Shown here piece after piece: positions 59,155 to 64,000 of a stretch of DNA of 64,000 nucleotides. How positions within the stretch are numbered: the stretch's first letter is position 1; every line of letters starts with the position of its first letter. The notes under the pieces were generated by a model. It was not told the DNA's origin. It saw only the letters and a list, made by a program, of their open reading frames with translations, and made no database searches. A program made the translations under genes and the position numbers. This DNA comes from a virus (Duplodnaviria > Caudoviricetes), in the IMG/VR virus record IMGVR_UViG_3300035501_001769, positions 1-64,000 of that record; one strand, given 5' to 3'.

Positions 59155-60387
59155 TTAGAATTTTTGGAGTTCTACATCACCATAAGCAGCTTCGATTTTA
59201 GCTTCAATTTCAGACATTGTAGCTTTTTTTGCTGCATCTTGGTTTTCTTTGTCTTGTGCGATTTCAGCTGAAATTACTTCGCGACCGGGAATAGAAGCAA
59301 GAGTTTTTTCAACCATATCAAGATTAGTTGAAGCCATTGCAACCCAGTCGGCTTTAGCTTCAGCACCGATTTTACCTGCTGCAACGGCATCTTCGATAAG
59401 AGCTTCAATGCGAGCTGTTTTAGCTGCTGCTTCTGCATCTTGGTATTCTTTAAGTGATGCTTTCACGGTAGCAAGTTCGGTGTTAAGGTTAGCTACTTCA
59501 GCTTCTTTGCCCATAAACTGAATGTTCAGCTCATCGAATTTAGCCTTAGCTTCATTCAATGCTTTTTCAGCTGACAAAAGTTCAGCAATGCGACCGGAAA
59601 CAGTAGCAACAGCAGTATCAGCGGCAAGGCCAAGCTGTACTGCGAGAACATTTAATGTTTCGTTTTCCATTACTTGTTTATTGTGGTTTTGATTGTCTTT
59701 GTTAAGAATAGCGAGTGTTTGATTAATGAGTTGGTCTGTCTTAATGCCTTCAGTTGCAGAAGCCATAATGTCGCGCAAAGACAAAGCATCGGTAACACCT
59801 TCAATTTGATTTGATACTTGGTCACGGATGATTTTAGAAGTCTTAATTACGCAAGATTTGTCAATGATACCTGCTGCAACAGCCTGTTTAGCAGTAAAGA
59901 ATGTGCCATCAGCTCCTTCTTCACCATCCATGATGTTCTTAACTTGCTCTTTAGAAAGACCGAAACGCTTTGTGTAAATGGTTTCGAGTTGAGAGCGGAA
60001 CGCTGAAACGATTTGATTTTCGTTGTCATCGCATGATTTGAGGAATGGATTGTGAATCATAAGAAGCGAATAATCGTGCATCATGATATTTTTGCCGGCA
60101 GACCAAATAACACTGGCCATTGATGCGGCAACACCTTCGATTACACATTCAACTTCAATTGGGCATGATTGAATTACTGAAAAGACGCTCATGCCATGAA
60201 CAACAGAACCACCCTCAGAATTGATAAGAACAACAATCTTAGACGGTTTAACGCAATCTTGGAGCCAGAGAAACTCGTCATTGAAACATTGGCAGTTGTA
60301 GCTATCCACAGCACCAAAGAATCGAATGACAGCAGGTTGGTTAAACTCTGCTTTTCCTACTACGTGTTTTAGATTATTTATGTCCAT
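59155..60387 (-). CDS. ClpP-type prohead protease with a scaffold-like C-terminus
   Basis: INSEGGSV, EGVAASMASVI, LMIHNP, TFFTAKQAV..GIID; Ala-rich coiled-coil tail. Confidence 0.9.
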   Translation of the reverse strand: MDINNLKHVVGKAEFNQPAVIRFFGAVDSYNCQCFNDEFLWLQDCVKPSKIVVLINSEGGSVVHGMSVFSVIQSCPIEVECVIEGVAASMASVIWSAGKNIMMHDYSLLMIHNPFLKSCDDNENQIVSAFRSQLETIYTKRFGLSKEQVKNIMDGEEGADGTFFTAKQAVAAGIIDKSCVIKTSKIIRDQVSNQIEGVTDALSLRDIMASATEGIKTDQLINQTLAILNKDNQNHNKQVMENETLNVLAVQLGLAADTAVATVSGRIAELLSAEKALNEAKAKFDELNIQFMGKEAEVANLNTELATVKASLKEYQDAEAAAKTARIEALIEDAVAAGKIGAEAKADWVAMASTNLDMVEKTLASIPGREVISAEIAQDKENQDAAKKATMSEIEAKIEAAYGDVELQKF

Positions 60388-60425
60388 TGTGTTTTTCTGA
60401 AGAATAGATTTTATATTCTGAAATG

Positions 60426-61145
60426 TTAACTTTTTCCGTTGGCTATCGTACTCACATCCTTGTACGATATATCTTTATGGTCAGGAAGATGATTGGGGTT
60501 TGCAGTTTCGTTTTGGTCCGAATGGTCAGTGAACGGAGGAACCACCAAATATCGAGTTACAAAATTCTTATAACGATATGAACTGTAATCACGAAAATAA
60601 ACCTCATACGTTATCCAACATTGCTGTAATCCGTCATCAAAACTTTCAACTTGGTCCCAGTATGTCAGTTGTAAACGCTCAGTCAAAACAGAGAACTTGT
60701 TTTTATTGTCATTGAGCGCAGTATTGATACGCTGAAAGACCTTCATACACTCCGTTTGATACTCGTCATCGTTATAATCCAAACGATTTAAGATGTAGCA
60801 TATTCGCAAATCTGCACGACCCTCACCAATACGGTCAGTAGACACCAACCATCGAACATTTATCAGGTGAGCCAAAGCTGCCGGAAAAGAGAATTGAGAT
60901 TCGGTGTTAGCTGTGGAGCTTCGGATGCGCGTAAGTTGTCCTGTGTTGGCTTTTACGGTCTTAAATAACTTCGGACCATCAGGGTTGTTTTCATCTTCCG
61001 GAATATCTTTTAAGATGCTCAAAATCGCTTCAATCACATCTACCATCGGGTTGCCATCGAAAATGGTAGCATCCGCAGTGTCTGTGCTTTCAATAGCATC
61101 TTCCGCATCCGGTACAATCGGAGATGGTTTTTTATCGACTATCAT
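60426..61145 (-). CDS. Head-tail joining / tail-completion-like protein
   Basis: FSFPAALAHLINVRW motif; position in the head-neck module. Confidence 0.45.
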   Translation of the reverse strand: MIVDKKPSPIVPDAEDAIESTDTADATIFDGNPMVDVIEAILSILKDIPEDENNPDGPKLFKTVKANTGQLTRIRSSTANTESQFSFPAALAHLINVRWLVSTDRIGEGRADLRICYILNRLDYNDDEYQTECMKVFQRINTALNDNKNKFSVLTERLQLTYWDQVESFDDGLQQCWITYEVYFRDYSSYRYKNFVTRYLVVPPFTDHSDQNETANPNHLPDHKDISYKDVSTIANGKS

Positions 61146-61160
61146 TAAGGTTATAGATTA

Positions 61161-61664
61161 TTATTTGGGGAACTTATCGAAAATCAGCTTTTCTAACTCT
61201 TGTAACTCGCCCAACAAATAGGTTGAATGACCCATAAATTTACGTTCATATTTAGGTCCGCACATTGGCTTAACAACAAGCGATTTAAAATTATTATGGA
61301 CCGCTGCGTAACAGAAACCTTTGTGTCGTTTCTGAGATGTGAATTTAGTTGGGTCTGTAAATACTTTAGCATGGTCTGTCAACAGATTAGGTGCAACCGT
61401 TGCGTGTGATGATGTGCGTGCTACGATTGAATTACGAAGTGTGCCTGTTTCTTGCAGCAAGGGGTGGCTCTGCTTTTTCTTTGATACTCGCTTGTGCCAT
61501 TTCTTACCGTCAGCAGAATAAAACCGTTTTTCGTCAAAAGATTTATCGAAAATCTCTAAAGCTGCCTTACTTGCCAACACGGTAAAGTTATGCACGTTGA
61601 CAGTAATCGCATGGGGCAGATCAACCCACTGAGCATGGAGTGTTTCAGGCTTTATCTTTCTCAT
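61161..61664 (-). CDS. Phage virion morphogenesis protein (Mu gpG-like)
   Basis: W.KR...LLQETGTLRNSI...YAAVHN...RKFMG. Confidence 0.7.
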   Translation of the reverse strand: MRKIKPETLHAQWVDLPHAITVNVHNFTVLASKAALEIFDKSFDEKRFYSADGKKWHKRVSKKKQSHPLLQETGTLRNSIVARTSSHATVAPNLLTDHAKVFTDPTKFTSQKRHKGFCYAAVHNNFKSLVVKPMCGPKYERKFMGHSTYLLGELQELEKLIFDKFPK

Positions 61665-62514
61665 AATACTTGCGCTTAATTCGTTTAGCTATCGCGGTAA
61701 GTTTGTCAAAGTGTTCTTCCTTAACTTCAAAATAAGGATGATACTCTGAAAAGATACGACCACCATAGGCTACGCTCTCCTGAAATGTCTTATTAAACCA
61801 TTCAGGCATTTCAATCTGTCTGCTTGTACTTGCCGCTTCAACGCTGTTAAATATGGTATCTTCCACCAAATAACAACGACATTGATGTTCTATCGGTGGA
61901 ATTAGCCATGAGGGGAAATCACGCTTAGGAGCGGTATAGCCTTCAAAAGCGAGGTGCCAAGGTCTAACACGTTCATCGCCTTGCGTCATGTACATCAGAA
62001 TGGTATTATTATCCCACTCGTAGATTTGTCGAGCAACATACATGGCATAGAATACATCTTCATTCTCCACCTTTGCATATCGCTGATTGTATTTGGCGCA
62101 AATTGCAGCTAAGAACGCTTCATCAACCTCCTCATCAGATTCCTCAGCTTCCGAAATTTCATCAAGCATTTGATATTCTTCGACAACGGCAAAATCTACA
62201 AGATTGTCGATGGCTGCAACGATGATGTTAACTCGTTCCTGCTCTTGTGCGGTCAGGGTGTTGTTATCCTTCTCTGAAATGTAATCTAACGCTTCAGTAA
62301 CGGTAATACCAAAACCTTCACAAGCGTATTTAATCATCTGTCCGGCTCGTATATCCATGATGTCCTCTAATGAATCCCACGGCTCATCATCTTTTTCGAC
62401 ATTGTGAATAAACCGCCAAAAAGCAGCCAACAATACTTCAAAGTCCTTCTTATTGTCCTCATCAGAAATTGTTGGCACTGCTTTGGCATTTATAGATAAA
62501 AGTGGATTGCTCAT
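61645..62514 (-). CDS. Head morphogenesis protein (Mu gpF/SPP1 gp7-like)
   Basis: YMTQGDERVRPWHLAFEG...PPIEHQCRCYL. Confidence 0.85.
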   Translation of the reverse strand: MSNPLLSINAKAVPTISDEDNKKDFEVLLAAFWRFIHNVEKDDEPWDSLEDIMDIRAGQMIKYACEGFGITVTEALDYISEKDNNTLTAQEQERVNIIVAAIDNLVDFAVVEEYQMLDEISEAEESDEEVDEAFLAAICAKYNQRYAKVENEDVFYAMYVARQIYEWDNNTILMYMTQGDERVRPWHLAFEGYTAPKRDFPSWLIPPIEHQCRCYLVEDTIFNSVEAASTSRQIEMPEWFNKTFQESVAYGGRIFSEYHPYFEVKEEHFDKLTAIAKRIKRKYYEKDKA

Positions 62515-63812
62515 TTCTTTCCTCTCAGGAAATTAGCTACTGCACCTCTTGGATGACCATAACGCTTCAAATATTCGTCATCAGTCATAGCTCCTGCTTG
62601 GGAACCACCTGAAGTACCACCGGTGCTTGTTTGCATACTTTTGAATTGCTTGCCAACGACAATACCAAATGTCTTTTCAATCTCATCAGGCGCAACTTCA
62701 TAGTTGTTGAGCAACATGGTGTATAGGTCGATTTGGTCCTTATTTGACATCTCCAGACGTTTAGAGTATTTAAACTCCAATCCGGGTTTAATGTAACCCA
62801 TTTGAACAAGTCTGGGAATAACTTCCTCGTTCATCATGTTCTCAATGTATTCACGATACACTTCAACACGGTCACGGAAGATGTCCTCATGCGCTCTTGT
62901 TGAACCGACATAAGACTGAGTTGCACCTGCCATTGACTCAGAACCAAGAATCAAGTTAGACACTTCGGCATTTACCATCTCAATCAAACTGGTGAAGATT
63001 TTTTCCGAGTTAGACATCGTGAACGTCTTAACATCAAGTTCATCATCTTTGCCGGTCACGACAACCTTATTCTGAGCCGCGCTTGCAATCTCGTTGGCTA
63101 AACGCTGTCTATCCTCATTGCTTTCAGATACGGTTTTTCCGTGGATAATAGGTTGTCCGTAGGTATGTGAGAAGTTAACAAAGTTAGCCAGTGTAAATTT
63201 CTTAGCCAATATGATAGGAGAGGTAGCAGAAAACAAACCTAATGTGCCTGAGTTAATAAGGATGTAGTTGTTTTGATACACCTTATCATCGAAATTCCAA
63301 CCGGGGGTCCAAATGCCTTGTCTTTGTACGATACGGCGTTGGTCGGCAAGAATGTTTCTTCGCTCCAGAATATTCACGGTTTTCAATTTGCCTGTACGCT
63401 CATCTATATCGGGCAGAATTTCCAAAGCTGTATAGCCATAGAGTTTTGATTCAACAATACCTCTAATGATTTTGACAAACTGAGTGCCTTGAATTTTCTT
63501 GGTTTCCTCAACATCTTTGATGTATCTGCCTTTCTCATTTTGTCGGGCAAGCATATAGCGTTCACCAATAATCTGAGATTCCAAGGTTTCAAGTACGGAT
63601 GACAGGTGTGCGTCTTGTTGTACACACGCCTCGTAGATGTCCATTAATTTAGCGCGGTCATCCAGAATAGTGCCATCTATAACTTGGTGCTGAACGGATT
63701 TAAAACGACAGTATCGCTCTATTTCGCGCACATATTCCTGAATTGTCTTTTTATTGGTACGGAAGATACTTTCCAACAATTTAATATTGAATTGTTGTTC
63801 GTCTGTACTCAT
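62511..63812 (-). CDS. Portal protein (DUF935/Mu gp29-like)
   Basis: QDAHLSSVLETL, IVESKLYGYTALEI, FSHTYGQPII, VSNLILG; likely start MSTDE at 63812. Confidence 0.8.
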   Translation of the reverse strand: MSTDEQQFNIKLLESIFRTNKKTIQEYVREIERYCRFKSVQHQVIDGTILDDRAKLMDIYEACVQQDAHLSSVLETLESQIIGERYMLARQNEKGRYIKDVEETKKIQGTQFVKIIRGIVESKLYGYTALEILPDIDERTGKLKTVNILERRNILADQRRIVQRQGIWTPGWNFDDKVYQNNYILINSGTLGLFSATSPIILAKKFTLANFVNFSHTYGQPIIHGKTVSESNEDRQRLANEIASAAQNKVVVTGKDDELDVKTFTMSNSEKIFTSLIEMVNAEVSNLILGSESMAGATQSYVGSTRAHEDIFRDRVEVYREYIENMMNEEVIPRLVQMGYIKPGLEFKYSKRLEMSNKDQIDLYTMLLNNYEVAPDEIEKTFGIVVGKQFKSMQTSTGGTSGGSQAGAMTDDEYLKRYGHPRGAVANFLRGKK

Positions 63813-64000
63813 TGTAAATAGTTTCAATAGAATAGACACACGCATATTTATCTGTTGTGCGTTGTTACAGAAACGTAAAATGTTACAGCACACAAATCCT
63901 GTATTGTGATTAATTATCTTAATTGCGTATTATCAGCACTTTAAAAGTTAATAATATGTTAAGATGCTATTTTGCGGTTGTTTTTGTTAATCTAATGGGT

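Larger units (their letters stand above)
1230..64000 (-). mobile_element. Large myovirus-type (pro)phage of a Bacteroidota host, continuing past the right edge
   Basis: Co-oriented portal, protease, capsid, sheath, tube, tape measure, baseplate, replisome and lysis genes; AT-rich leaders without Shine-Dalgarno; TAnnTTTG promoters. The left boundary is approximate. Confidence 0.9.

Noticed and set aside
4038-63625. Many short plus-strand and nested ORFs in the track
   Set aside because: Shadow ORFs of long minus-strand genes with no independent evidence

Overview
Almost the whole window (about 1.3 kb to the right edge) is one large, minus-strand, Bacteroidota-type contractile-tailed (pro)phage, next to a glycosyltransferase gene at the left edge. 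From right to left it has a Mu-type head module (DUF935-like portal, gpF/gpG-like proteins, Clp-type prohead protease, capsid), then sheath, tube, chaperone, tape measure and baseplate genes, and tail/adhesin genes. These include a complete diversity-generating retroelement (1977-aa target, VR, hairpin, avd, TR, RT). Next come anaerobic nucleotide metabolism (thyX, nrdD, nrdG), recombination genes (SSB, SbcCD, RuvC-like), an ECF sigma factor, a full replisome and a lysis cassette. The most striking feature is a fractured dnaE. The polymerase is split just before its catalytic PDxDxDF motif into two genes separated by a Pif1-like helicase. Both fracture ends carry intein (Hint)-like fragments lacking the splicing residues, which suggests a non-splicing split-Hint docking module. 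Other notable points: the DGR TR lies in frame inside the RT ORF, the RT has FVDD in place of YxDD, a CTATTC motif recurs upstream of mostly virion and lysis genes, the tail chaperone has a predicted -1 frameshift, and CCWGG and GATC appear strongly avoided. All calls come from reading motifs by eye; no database searches were run. Terminase large subunit, integrase and repressor are not in the window.
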